NCBI GenBank assembly: GCA_021774625.1
Contig: JAJFIV010000030.1
Location: 493-64,492 of the forward strand
Reading direction: 5' to 3'
Length of the DNA stretch: 64,000 bases
DNA from: Alphaproteobacteria bacterium
Lineage (GTDB): Bacteria; Pseudomonadota; Alphaproteobacteria; Sphingomonadales; JAKSBY01
The notes beneath the pieces were generated by a model. That model worked only from the letters and a program-made list of their open reading frames with translations. It had not been told where the DNA came from and did not search any database. Position 1 is the first letter of the stretch. Each line of letters starts with the position of its first letter. Below are positions 1 through 9,581 of the stretch, piece after piece. A program made the translations under genes and the position numbers.

Positions 1-1278
1 TTCGCCGTTCCACATGACGCGGTTGCCGCGGATGACGGTGCCTTCGGGTTTGCCGGTGAGGGTCATGCCGGTATAGGGGCTCCAGCGGCATTTGCTGCGC
101 AGCCATTTTTCTTCCACCACCCAGCGTTGCTTGAGGTCAACCAGGGTGTAATCCGCGTGATAGCCGACGGCGAGGCGGCCCTTGTCGCGGAGGTTGAAAA
201 TCCGGTTGGCGCCATGGCTCGTCAGGTCCACGAGCCGTTCAAGGGTCAGCTGCCCCTGCGCCACATGGTTGAGGAGCAACGGCAGCAGCGTCTGCACGCC
301 CGGCATGCCGGAGGGACTGAGGGGATAGGAATTGCCCTTTTCCTCACGGGTGTGCGGCGCGTGGTCCGAGCCGATCACATCGACAACGCCGTTCTTCACA
401 GCCCGCCACAGGCCATCCCGGTGTCGGGCGTCCCGAATCGGCGGGTTCATCTGGGCGAAGGTGCCGAGCCGCTCATAGCAGTCGGGCGCGGCCAGAGTTA
501 GATGCTGCGGCGTCGCCTCCACGCTGGCGATATCTTTATTACCGGCCAGTAACTCCATTTCCTCGGCCGTCGTGACATGCAGGATATGCACCCGCCGCCC
601 GGTTTTGCGGGCAAGTTTCAGGGCGCGTTTGGTGGCGCGGATCGCCGTTTCCTCATCGCGCCAGACCGGGTGCTGCTCCGGCCCGCCTTTTTCAGCGAAT
701 TTTTTGCGTTCATCGAGCCTCATATTGTCTTCGGCATGAATCGCCACCCGGCGGCGGCCATGGGCGAGAACCCGTTCCAGGGTTTCATCATCCGGCACCA
801 GAAGGTTGCCGGTGGAGGCCCCCATAAAGACCTTCACGCCGCAACATCCGGGCAGCCTTTCCAACTCCGCCAGCTGTTCGGCATTGTCGCCCGTCGCGCC
901 CATATAAAAAGCATGATCGCACCACATGCGGTCCTTTGCCCGGTCCAGCTTGTCCTGCAATGCTTCCGGCGTGGTGGTCAGGGGATCGGTGTTGGGCATT
1001 TCAAAAACGGCGGTCACGCCGCCCATCACTGCGGCTTCCGAGCCAGTGGCGAGGTCTTCCTTGTGATTGTTGCCGGGTTCGCGGAAATGGACCTGGCTGT
1101 CGATGACGCCGGGCAGCAGATGCAGGCCCGTGGCATCGATGGTTTCCCTGGCCGAATCAGCATAGAGTTCGCCGATAGCGGCGGTCCGGCCATCCTTGAC
1201 CGCCACATCGGCGATGCCGGCGCCCGCATGGGACACGCAGGTTGCCCCTTTAATGATCAGATCGTATGTCTTCGCCAT
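1..1278 (-). CDS. pyrC: dihydroorotase (amidohydrolase superfamily); C-terminal end lies outside the window
   Basis: Not in the ORF track because it runs off the 5' edge. Manual reverse translation from the ATG at 1278..1276 gives MAKTYDLIIKGATCVSHAGAGIADVAVKDGRTAAIGEL..IDATGLHLLPGVIDSQVHFREPG.., the metal-binding start typical of dihydroorotase/allantoinase-class enzymes. Plus-strand ORFs 127-501 and 577-1479 are its antisense shadows. Confidence 0.8.
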   Translation of the reverse strand, partial: MAKTYDLIIKGATCVSHAGAGIADVAVKDGRTAAIGELYADSARETIDATGLHLLPGVIDSQVHFREPGNNHKEDLATGSEAAVMGGVTAVFEMPNTDPLTTTPEALQDKLDRAKDRMWCDHAFYMGATGDNAEQLAELERLPGCCGVKVFMGASTGNLLVPDDETLERVLAHGRRRVAIHAEDNMRLDERKKFAEKGGPEQHPVWRDEETAIRATKRALKLARKTGRRVHILHVTTAEEMELLAGNKDIASVEATPQHLTLAAPDCYERLGTFAQMNPPIRDARHRDGLWRAVKNGVVDVIGSDHAPHTREEKGNSYPLSPSGMPGVQTLLPLLLNHVAQGQLTLERLVDLTSHGANRIFNLRDKGRLAVGYHADYTLVDLKQRWVVEEKWLRSKCRWSPYTGMTLTGKPEGTVIRGNRVMWNGE

Positions 1279-1378
1279 GGCGATCAACTTATCGGTGAAA
1301 GACTGGAATCACAAGTGCGAACTGGTGCTTGTATCTCCGTGGCGCACGGCTTAAGTGGACGGGTATGGAGAAATATTT

Positions 1379-2218
1379 ATGACTGTAGCGGGACAGGCGA
1401 TCAAACTGACAGGGCGCGGCGTCATTTCCGTTTCAGGGCCCGATGCCGCCGGTTTTCTGCAGGGGCTGATCACCAATGATATCAGGAACGCGGGGCCGGG
1501 CAGGGCGCTTTATGCGGCGCTGCTGACGCCCCAGGGTAAATATCTCCATGACTTTTTCATCATTGGAAATGACGGCGGTTTCCTGCTGGATTGCGAACGG
1601 CAGCGCCGGGCCGATCTGTTGCGCCGTCTGATGATGTACAAGCTGCGCGCCAAAGCGGAGATCACCGATCTGAGCGAGAAAATGACAGTCTGGGCTGTTT
1701 TTGGCACAGGCGACGCCGAAGGTATTGTCTTTGATGACCCGCGCCATCCCGGTCTCGGCCGCCGGGTGATTGTGGAAAAAGGCGTTCGGCCGCATCGTGC
1801 CGTCGCGCCTTTTAAAACATATGAGACTCTGCGTCTTGCTCTCGGTATTCCGGACGGCAGCCGCGATATGGCGGTCGAAAAAACTTTCATTCTGGAGGCC
1901 AATCTGGATGAACTTTCCGGGATTGATTTTCTCAAGGGCTGTTATGTGGGCCAGGAAATGACCGCCCGCATGAAACACCGGACGACGGTCAAAAAACGGC
2001 TGCTGCCGGTCACGCTGGATGGCGATGCGCCGCCCGCCGGGACCCCCGTTCTGGATGAGAGCGGCAAAACGGCCGGCGATATCCGGTCCGGCCTTAATGG
2101 GCGCGCCATCGCCTATCTGAAGTTGGAGGCATTGGTGGGCCGGCGTCCGCTCTCCTGTGACGGGCTCCGCCTTACCCCTGAAATTCCCGATTGGCTTCAG
2201 GGAGCAATTACGGCATAA
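1379..2218 (+). CDS. ygfZ: YgfZ/CAF17-family folate-binding protein (GcvT-like)
   Basis: ORF 1355-2218. The internal ATG at 1379 follows GGAGAA. The KGCYVGQE signature is present (FLKGCYVGQEMTARM). Confidence 0.8.
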   Translation: MTVAGQAIKLTGRGVISVSGPDAAGFLQGLITNDIRNAGPGRALYAALLTPQGKYLHDFFIIGNDGGFLLDCERQRRADLLRRLMMYKLRAKAEITDLSEKMTVWAVFGTGDAEGIVFDDPRHPGLGRRVIVEKGVRPHRAVAPFKTYETLRLALGIPDGSRDMAVEKTFILEANLDELSGIDFLKGCYVGQEMTARMKHRTTVKKRLLPVTLDGDAPPAGTPVLDESGKTAGDIRSGLNGRAIAYLKLEALVGRRPLSCDGLRLTPEIPDWLQGAITA

Positions 2219-2250
2219 TTACCCCCTTGCAAATGTGGCGGGAGGCTCCG

Positions 2251-2349
2251 GTGGCGAAAAGGAAACCGAAAAAAAGCGAGTGGCGGCTGATTGCTATCCT
2301 GGTGGTCGCGATTGGTGCGCTGACTGCCTTTTATGTGTTTTCGACCTGA
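2251..2349 (+). CDS. candidate small membrane protein (32 aa from GTG 2251, or 38 aa from in-frame ATG 2233)
   Basis: Below the 60 aa cutoff of the ORF track. GGAGG at 2241-2245 lies 5 nt before the GTG. Translation is (M)AKRKPKKSEWRLIAILVVAIGALTAFYVFST: a basic N-terminus followed by one hydrophobic helix. Confidence 0.3.
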   Translation: MAKRKPKKSEWRLIAILVVAIGALTAFYVFST

Positions 2350-2417
2350 ATTATATTCGATGGAGTGCATCACCGGCCCGCTCCCCCGGCCCAACCGGGT
2401 TGCCTTCCGGGCAAAAA

Positions 2418-3926
2418 TCAGGCCATTTCCAGAGCCTGTTCGGGTTGGCTCTGTGCTCCCCGCGCTGCCAGCCAGGCATCGAAATCTTCCTTGACCTTTT
2501 TCATGGCCGGTTCCCAGCGGCCATCCTTCTTTTTGGGATAGACCCTGACCGACGGCAGATGCGGCATGCCTTTTGTCCCGAGCATATCAACGTCATGCGG
2601 CGGCAGGAAAGTCCAGGACGGAATGCCGGCAGCCCCCGCTATATCATTATTGGACGTGGCCGCAGTGATGGCGAGATCGCAGGCTTTGGTGTAGGCGAGG
2701 ACGCCATCCAGATCATTCATCATATCGATATCGTCCCAGCGGTGAATGGTGACGCCATATTTGTCCTTTACCGCCTGAATATCTGCATCGCATTTACCGT
2801 AATAGAGATTGACGAAAGAGACGTCCGGCGTGACCAGAATATCCCGCAGCGCGTCGAGATCGAAAATATGCTGTATACGGGATTCAAGCTTTAACTGGGT
2901 GGACCAGGAAAGCCCGACCACGGCTTTTCCGGGTAGTTCGCTGAAACGTTTATTCCAGAAGGCGACCTTTTCGGGATTGGCCGTTAAATGCCCATGGCGG
3001 TCTGGAAAATCTTCCGGCTTTTCCCTGAAATACTGCAACAGCGAGTTTGCGCCGATATGATAATCGAACGCGGGCCGGCGGGTATTGATATTCTTGTACT
3101 TGTCAAAGGTCTGAACTATGACGGTGGCGGTCGGGAAGGTTCGCTCGAAAATCGGCTTCAGGCGCTCCTGGCATTCGATAATCACATGCCCGGCCCGCGC
3201 GATCAGGTCATGATAAAGATTGGCGTTGCGGATTTCGTCGCCGAGACCATTTTCCCGCCAGACCAGAATGGTTTTGCCGGAAATGTCCTCGCCGCGCCAA
3301 TAATCCTTTTTCACGTCAACCGGCGGATGCCGGCGGCCACACCCGAATCCTGCATCGTAAAGAATGGCGCCTTCTTTGATCTGCCCGAAGGACAGCATCA
3401 GAGTGGCCAGGGTAAAGAGAATTTCCGTGTTCGATTTATCGAGCGCATAGGCGACTTCCAGGGCGGTTTTCGCCTCCTCGAACATACCGAGATTCTCCAG
3501 AGAATTCGCTAAATTGATGTAAATGGCGGCGCAGTTCGGGTCCAGCTCCAGAGCGAGGCGCTGATATTTAACCGCTTCCTGATATTCGCCGCGCTGATGA
3601 TGGACGAAACCAAGATGGGAATATCTCGATTTGGATTCGCCGAAAAGCCGGATTGCCCGTTTGTATGCGGCTTCCGCCTTGTCGAGTTCGTGACGGGTCA
3701 GCAGAAGCAGCGCCATTTCATCGGCATAGCGGGCGGTATGGCCGAATTCTTCTTCATGTTTTTCCAGCACCGAAAGAGCGGGAGAATAATTACCCTTTTC
3801 CCTGTGCCGGACCGCTTCCTTCAGCACCCGGTCGAGTTTTTTTTCAAACAGCGCCGGCGATGCCAGCTTGTTGCGATGTGCGCGCTCTTTCCGTTCTTTC
3901 GCCGTTTTTTTACGCCGTTGGGCCAT
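2418..3926 (-). CDS. TPR-repeat protein fused to a C-terminal GT-B-like glycosyltransferase domain (FlmG-like candidate protein glycosyltransferase)
   Basis: 502 aa. The N-terminal half has TPR-like repeats (AAYKRAIRLFGE.., EAVKYQRLALELDPN.., EEAKTALEVAYALDKSN). The C-terminal half (GKTILVWRENGLGDEI..) resembles GT9/GT41-like domains. It is divergent from the nonulosonic-acid operon. Confidence 0.5.
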   Translation of the reverse strand: MAQRRKKTAKERKERAHRNKLASPALFEKKLDRVLKEAVRHREKGNYSPALSVLEKHEEEFGHTARYADEMALLLLTRHELDKAEAAYKRAIRLFGESKSRYSHLGFVHHQRGEYQEAVKYQRLALELDPNCAAIYINLANSLENLGMFEEAKTALEVAYALDKSNTEILFTLATLMLSFGQIKEGAILYDAGFGCGRRHPPVDVKKDYWRGEDISGKTILVWRENGLGDEIRNANLYHDLIARAGHVIIECQERLKPIFERTFPTATVIVQTFDKYKNINTRRPAFDYHIGANSLLQYFREKPEDFPDRHGHLTANPEKVAFWNKRFSELPGKAVVGLSWSTQLKLESRIQHIFDLDALRDILVTPDVSFVNLYYGKCDADIQAVKDKYGVTIHRWDDIDMMNDLDGVLAYTKACDLAITAATSNNDIAGAAGIPSWTFLPPHDVDMLGTKGMPHLPSVRVYPKKKDGRWEPAMKKVKEDFDAWLAARGAQSQPEQALEMA

Positions 3927-4028
3927 ACAATCCTCCTGAAGACGGTAAAACGTCCGCCGGTTAAGACTTTATTAGCCACAAGTTTCATAAAATTTGATTA
4001 AAGCGTTACCAATAACGGGATTGATCAG

Positions 4029-4745
4029 ATGGCATTTGAAGGTCAGGAGGTGATCGGGCTGATTCCGGCCCGTGGCGGGTCCAAGGGAATTCCCCGTAAA
4101 AACCTGACCGGGCTTTGCGGAAAGCCCCTGATTGGCTGGACCATTGACGCCGCTAAAAACTGTAGGACCATCGACCGGGTGGTCGTGTCGAGCGAGGATG
4201 AGGAAATCCTTGAAATTTCGTCCGGACTGGGGGCGGAAATTGTCAAAAGGCCGCCCGAACTGGCGACCGACCTTGCCGGTTCCGATGGTCTGATTGCCCA
4301 TGCCATCCACAGCCTTGGCCACGATCAGGGCTTTGATGCGTGTTATATTTTACTGCAGCCGACATCACCGTTGAGGACCGCTGACCATATCGGGGAGGCC
4401 TTTGCCCTGCTCGCCCGTTGTGATGGCCGCTCCCTGATCAGTGTTTATGAACCCTCCGATCATCCCATGAAAGCCTATCTGGTTGATGATGCCGGATATC
4501 TGAAGGGCATGATTGATGACGAGACGCCGCATAAGCCCCGGCAAAGTCTGCCCAAGGCCTATTTCGCCAACGGGGCGATTTATATGTTTATGGCAAACGA
4601 TTTCTTAACGGGCGGGCGGATACCTTCAGACCGGGTCATTCCCTACTTTATGGCTGCCGCTGACAGCATTGATATCGATACACCGGATGATCTGGAAAAA
4701 GCTGCGGAAATCTTGGAAAAACGCCTGGAAACACATGACTCCTGA
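4029..4745 (+). CDS. neuA: acylneuraminate (nonulosonate) cytidylyltransferase, NeuA/LegF/PseF family
   Basis: The N-terminus [18 protein letters not shown] and the LQPTSPLR motif are typical of CMP-sugar synthetases of this family. Confidence 0.85.
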   Translation: MAFEGQEVIGLIPARGGSKGIPRKNLTGLCGKPLIGWTIDAAKNCRTIDRVVVSSEDEEILEISSGLGAEIVKRPPELATDLAGSDGLIAHAIHSLGHDQGFDACYILLQPTSPLRTADHIGEAFALLARCDGRSLISVYEPSDHPMKAYLVDDAGYLKGMIDDETPHKPRQSLPKAYFANGAIYMFMANDFLTGGRIPSDRVIPYFMAAADSIDIDTPDDLEKAAEILEKRLETHDS

Positions 4746-5802
4746 ATTTGATATTGCCGGCCGGCCGGTTGGCCTGGCGCATCCGCCATTGGTGATAGCC
4801 GAAATTGGCATCAATCATGAGGGCAGTCTTGCGGCCGCGTTTGAAATGGTCGATGCGGCGGCGGCGGCGGGGGCTGAAATCGTCAAGCACCAGACCCACG
4901 TTGTTGAAGACGAAATGACGGCGGCGGCGAAATCCGTCATTCCCGGCAACACCGATGTTTCCATCTATGAGGTCATGGCCCGCTGTGCGCTAAATGAACA
5001 GGATGAGCGGGCGTTAAAAGCCTATGTCGAAGAGAAAGGGATGATTTTCATCTCCACGCCCTTTTCCCGGGCGGCGGCGGACCGGCTGGGCGCAATGGAA
5101 GTCGCCGCCTTCAAGATCGGATCCGGGGAATGCAATAATTACCCGCTGATCGCTCATGTGGCGCAGTTCGGCAAACCGATCATCCTGTCAACCGGTATGA
5201 ATGATATCCCGTCCATCGCAAAATCGGTGGATATCCTGCGCCGCCACGGGGTGCCATTTGCGCTTTTGCATTGCACCAATGTCTATCCGACCCCGCCCAG
5301 ACTGGTGCGGCTGGGGGCCATGGTGGAAATGCAGGAGAATTTTCCGGATGCCGTGGTCGGGCTGTCCGATCACACCACGGCCAATTATGCCTGTCTGGGC
5401 GCGGTCGCACTGGGCGCATCCATCCTTGAGCGGCATTTTACCGACCGCATGGACCGGCCGGGCCCGGATATTGTCTGTTCCATGGATGGGGCGGCCATGC
5501 GCGATCTGATCGAAGGCTCGCGCCAGATTTTCGAGGCCCGCGGCGGCGCCAAGGGCCCGGTTGCGGAAGAACAGCCGACCATCGATTTTGCCTATGCGTC
5601 CGTCGTAACCATAAGTCCTGTGAAGGCGGGAGAAGTGTTTAGCCGGGACAATATCTGGGTGAAGCGGCCCGGCACCGGCGAATTGCTGGCCGACCGTTTC
5701 GAGGAGCTACTGGGCCGGGTGGCGCTGTCGGATATCCCCGCTGACCAGCAGGTGAAAAAAATGGATGTGGAAGGCTTTACAGCAACGGAGCCTGCCGCAT
5801 GA
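4735..5802 (+). CDS. neuB: N-acetylneuraminate/legionaminate synthase family (NeuB/LegI/PseI)
   Basis: ORF 4669-5802. ATG 4735 overlaps the neuA stop by 11 nt. The protein begins [32 protein letters not shown] and has a C-terminal SAF-like region. Confidence 0.85.
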   Translation: MTPEFDIAGRPVGLAHPPLVIAEIGINHEGSLAAAFEMVDAAAAAGAEIVKHQTHVVEDEMTAAAKSVIPGNTDVSIYEVMARCALNEQDERALKAYVEEKGMIFISTPFSRAAADRLGAMEVAAFKIGSGECNNYPLIAHVAQFGKPIILSTGMNDIPSIAKSVDILRRHGVPFALLHCTNVYPTPPRLVRLGAMVEMQENFPDAVVGLSDHTTANYACLGAVALGASILERHFTDRMDRPGPDIVCSMDGAAMRDLIEGSRQIFEARGGAKGPVAEEQPTIDFAYASVVTISPVKAGEVFSRDNIWVKRPGTGELLADRFEELLGRVALSDIPADQQVKKMDVEGFTATEPAA

Positions 5803-6950
5803 ACCCGCGCCAGCCAAAGCGGATTGTGTTTTTGACCGGAACCCGGGCGGATTTCGGCAAGATCAAATCGCTGCTGCTGAAGCTTCACAGCGATCCGGCG
5901 TTCGAGCTGCATCTGTTTATCACCGGCATGCATATGCTGACCAAATACGGCTATACCTGCGAAGAGGTTGAGGCCTGCGGCCTGCCGAATCTGTACCGCT
6001 ATATCAACCAGAACGAATCCGACAATATGGATACGGTTCTCGCCAAAACCATTGTCGGTTTTTCCGATTATGTGAAGGAAACCCGGCCCGACATGATCGT
6101 CGTGCATGGCGACCGGGTGGAGGCCATGGCGGGCGCCATTGTCGGCTCGATGAACAATATCCTGGTGGCCCATATTGAGGGAGGCGAGGTTTCCGGCACC
6201 ATCGATGAAGTGGTGCGCCACGCGGTCAGCAAATTATCCCATGTCCATTTTGTCGCCAATGTGAAAGCCAAGCTCAGGCTGATGCAACTCGGCGAGGGCG
6301 AGGAAACGGTTCATGTTATCGGGTCGCCGGACATGGATATCATGGTCTCGAAAAACCTGCCGGATCTGAAGACCGTGCAGGATTATTATGAAATTCCGTT
6401 CGCCGATTACGGCATTGTCCTGTTTCACCCGGTCACCACAGCTGTGCACGAGCTTGCCGATCAGATTAAAATCTTCGTCGACGCCCTGATCGCCAGCAGA
6501 CGGGATTATGTGGTGATCTTTCCCAATAATGACGACGGGTCCGGTATCATCATCCAGGAATATCGCCGGTTTAAAGGCAACCGGCATTTCCGGGTCTTTC
6601 CGTCCATGCGGTTCGAATATTTCCTGACTTTGATGAAAAATGCGGCTTTCCTGATCGGCAATTCTTCCGCCGGCGTGCGGGAAGCGCCATTCTACAGCGT
6701 GCCCAGCATCAATCTAGGCAGCCGGCAGTTCAACCGCGCCACCGCCCCCACCATTATTAATGCGGAATTCGACAAAAAAACAATCGTGCAGCAGATTGCA
6801 AACTCCCGGAATATCGCGCGGGTTCAAACCGCCCATTTCGGCAGCGGCGGCAGTGATGTAAAATTCTGTGACGTCTTGAAAAAACCGGAAATCTGGACGG
6901 TCAGCCGGCAGAAATATTTTTTTGACCTGATCGCGGAGGCGGCGGAATGA
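5799..6950 (+). CDS. neuC: UDP-N-acetylglucosamine 2-epimerase (hydrolysing), NeuC/LegG type
   Basis: [20 protein letters not shown].., [11 protein letters not shown].., [14 protein letters not shown]. The start overlaps the neuB stop (ATGA). Confidence 0.85.
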   Translation: MNPRQPKRIVFLTGTRADFGKIKSLLLKLHSDPAFELHLFITGMHMLTKYGYTCEEVEACGLPNLYRYINQNESDNMDTVLAKTIVGFSDYVKETRPDMIVVHGDRVEAMAGAIVGSMNNILVAHIEGGEVSGTIDEVVRHAVSKLSHVHFVANVKAKLRLMQLGEGEETVHVIGSPDMDIMVSKNLPDLKTVQDYYEIPFADYGIVLFHPVTTAVHELADQIKIFVDALIASRRDYVVIFPNNDDGSGIIIQEYRRFKGNRHFRVFPSMRFEYFLTLMKNAAFLIGNSSAGVREAPFYSVPSINLGSRQFNRATAPTIINAEFDKKTIVQQIANSRNIARVQTAHFGSGGSDVKFCDVLKKPEIWTVSRQKYFFDLIAEAAE

Positions 6951-7708
6951 TGCGTCTGATCGCCCGGCTCGATGTGAAGAATGAATTCGTCATCAAGGGC
7001 ATTCATCTGGAAGGCCTGCGCAAAATCGGCGATCCCAATGAGCTGGCGCGGCGCTATTATCAGCAAGGCATTGACGAAATTGTTTTCATGGATGCGGTGG
7101 CGTCCCTTTACGACCGCAACAATCTGTTTGAAGTGATAGAGGCCGCCTGCCGGGACGTGTTTATTCCGATCACTTTGGGCGGCGGATTGCGCTCACTCGG
7201 GGATATCGAAGCGGCCCTGAAAGCCGGGGCCGACAAAGTCGCGATCAATACCGCCGCTGTGCGCAATCCCGGCCTGATAGCCGAGGCCGCCCGGCATTTC
7301 GGCAGCCAGTGCATTGTGGCCTCCATCGAAGCCAAAAAACAGGCCAGCGACGATTGGGAAGCCTATATTGACAATGGCCGGGAGAAAACCGGCATTGAAG
7401 TGACCGGCTGGACCAAAAAGCTGCAGGATCTGGGGGCCGGGGAAATTTTCCTCACCTCCATTGACCGGGAGGGCACCAGGCGCGGCTTTGATCTGCAACT
7501 GAGCAAAGCCGTCAATGAAGCGGTATCAATCCCGGTGATTGCTTCCGGCGGCTGCGGCAGGCCCGACCATATCACCGCGCTGGCGGATGTGACGGCGCCC
7601 AGCGCCGTCGCCCTCGCGTCCGTGTTGCATTACGGCACTCATTCCATTTTTGAAGTCAAACAGGCTATGGCGGCCTGCGGTCTGGCTGTGCGGGAGCTGG
7701 CGGCATGA
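6947..7708 (+). CDS. hisF: imidazole glycerol phosphate synthase cyclase subunit paralog (HisF-like, WbuZ type)
   Basis: [28 protein letters not shown].., [13 protein letters not shown]... It sits inside a sugar operon and overlaps the neuC stop. Confidence 0.8.
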   Translation: MMRLIARLDVKNEFVIKGIHLEGLRKIGDPNELARRYYQQGIDEIVFMDAVASLYDRNNLFEVIEAACRDVFIPITLGGGLRSLGDIEAALKAGADKVAINTAAVRNPGLIAEAARHFGSQCIVASIEAKKQASDDWEAYIDNGREKTGIEVTGWTKKLQDLGAGEIFLTSIDREGTRRGFDLQLSKAVNEAVSIPVIASGGCGRPDHITALADVTAPSAVALASVLHYGTHSIFEVKQAMAACGLAVRELAA

Positions 7709-8352
7709 ATGCGCTCCGGATCGCGGTTCTCGATTATGGTCTCGGCAATGTCCGATCCATCTGCAATGCGCTCAAGGCCATGGGGGCGGATGCCCTGTTG
7801 ACCCGGCATGCCGGCGACGTCATGGCGTCGGACGGACTGATCCTGCCGGGCGTCGGCGCATTCGAAACCGGAATGGCCAACATCAACGCTCTAAATCTCG
7901 CGCCGCTGATCCATGATTTTGCCGATGCGGGCAAGCCGCTTCTGGGAATCTGTCTCGGCATGCAGATGCTGTTGAGTTTCTCCGAAGAAAATGGCGAACA
8001 TCAGGGCCTGGATCTTATTCCCGGCCGGGTGGCGCGTCTGCCGGTATCAAACGGAGTCCGGCTGCCCCATGTGGGCTGGAACAGGATTGCCCCGCCGGAG
8101 GGGCACTGGAAATCGGATTTGTTTGACGAGGCGCATCGGAACGAACCGGTTTATTTCGTTCACACCTATGCGGCCAAACCCAATGACCCCGCCCATATTC
8201 TGGCGGAGACCGAATATGAAGGCACTGTTTTTACCTCCGCCATCATTCGCGGCAATGTGATTGGCACCCAGTTCCACCCGGAAAAAAGCGGCGAAGCCGG
8301 GCTTCGCATCCTGGATCATTTTATTCATCAAAAGAGTTTTGATTATGTCTGA
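7705..8352 (+). CDS. hisH: glutamine amidotransferase subunit paralog (HisH-like, WbuY type)
   Basis: IAVLDYGLGNVRSICNAL.., LILPGVGAF.., GICLGMQML (catalytic Cys context), FHPEKS. Confidence 0.8.
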   Translation: MNALRIAVLDYGLGNVRSICNALKAMGADALLTRHAGDVMASDGLILPGVGAFETGMANINALNLAPLIHDFADAGKPLLGICLGMQMLLSFSEENGEHQGLDLIPGRVARLPVSNGVRLPHVGWNRIAPPEGHWKSDLFDEAHRNEPVYFVHTYAAKPNDPAHILAETEYEGTVFTSAIIRGNVIGTQFHPEKSGEAGLRILDHFIHQKSFDYV

Positions 8353-9580
8353 AACAGTCCTTCTGAACCGAGCCGGAGAGCTTGAAGCCTATTACGGCCT
8401 GCCGGCGGAGGTGAAATTCTGCAAACGCTGCGTGATCTCCAACCAGCGGCCATCCTCTACTGTGGAGTTCAGACACGAAAAGAATGAAAAGAAAGCCGTG
8501 ATCGGCTTTGATGAGGAAGGGGTCTGTTCCGCCTGCCGGTTTAATGAGATCAAGGAAACCGCCATCGACTGGGACCAGCGGGATCAGGCGCTGCGCGCTC
8601 TTTGCGATCAGTTCCGCCGATCCGATGGCGGTTATGACGTTCTGGTGCCGGGATCGGGCGGCAAGGATTCGGCCTATACGGCCCATATCCTGAAATACGA
8701 ATATGGCATGAATCCGCTCACGGTCACCTGGGCGCCGCATCTTTATACCGGCATCGGCTGGAAGAATTTCACCAACTGGATGCATGAGGGCGGGCTGGAT
8801 AATCTGCTGTTTACGCCCAATGGTAAATTGCACCGGCTGCTGACCCGGCTGGCTTTTCTGAACCTGCTGCATCCCTTTCAGCCCTTCATTGTCGGTCAGC
8901 GCATTATCGGCCCGGCCATGGCGGCGCGCTATGGCGTGAAACTGGTGATGTATGGAGAAAATCAGGCCGAGTATGGCAATAAAATCGACGAGAATAAAAA
9001 GCCGACCATGGATGAAAAATTTTTTTCCGCCGATGATCCCGGCGAAATGGTTCTCGGCGGGGTCAAGGTGAAGGATATCATTGCCGAACATGGCTACAGC
9101 CTGAATGATTTCGCCCCATATATTCCACCGTCAGCGGACAGCCTGAATGCAAAGGGCGTCGAAGTGCATTATCTCGGTTACTATCTCAAATGGGACCCGC
9201 AGGAATGCTATTATTATGCAGTGGAACATACCGGCTTTCAGGCCAATGACGAGCGGACGGAAGGCACCTATTCAAAATATTCCTCCATCGATGACAAGAT
9301 CGATATGTTCCATTATTACACGACCCTGATCAAATTCGGCATTGGCCGGGCGACCTATGATGCGGCGCAGGAAATCCGCAACGGCAAGATCACCCGCGAC
9401 GAGGGCGTGGCGCTGGTCCAAAAATTCGACCAGGAATTCCCGCAGAAATATTTCAGGGATTTCCTGGATTATATCGGCATCACGAAAGAAGAATTTCACG
9501 CCGCCTGTGACCGGTTCCGCTCGCCGCATCTATGGAAGCGGGACGGCGGTCAGTGGGTCCTCAGGCATCAGGTCTCCTGA
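8345..9580 (+). CDS. N-acetyl sugar amidotransferase (PP-loop ATPase; WbuX/PseA family)
   Basis: ORF 8261-9580. ATG 8345 overlaps the hisH stop by 8 nt. Has the PP-loop VLVPGSGGKDS and the N-terminal Cys pairs CKRCV..CSAC. Confidence 0.75.
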   Translation: MSETVLLNRAGELEAYYGLPAEVKFCKRCVISNQRPSSTVEFRHEKNEKKAVIGFDEEGVCSACRFNEIKETAIDWDQRDQALRALCDQFRRSDGGYDVLVPGSGGKDSAYTAHILKYEYGMNPLTVTWAPHLYTGIGWKNFTNWMHEGGLDNLLFTPNGKLHRLLTRLAFLNLLHPFQPFIVGQRIIGPAMAARYGVKLVMYGENQAEYGNKIDENKKPTMDEKFFSADDPGEMVLGGVKVKDIIAEHGYSLNDFAPYIPPSADSLNAKGVEVHYLGYYLKWDPQECYYYAVEHTGFQANDERTEGTYSKYSSIDDKIDMFHYYTTLIKFGIGRATYDAAQEIRNGKITRDEGVALVQKFDQEFPQKYFRDFLDYIGITKEEFHAACDRFRSPHLWKRDGGQWVLRHQVS

Positions 9581-9581
9581 T

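Noticed and set aside
6947-8352. hisF/hisH as genuine histidine-biosynthesis genes
   Set aside because: No other his genes are adjacent. Both genes are translationally coupled between neuC and a PP-loop sugar amidotransferase, which is the WbuXYZ-type arrangement.
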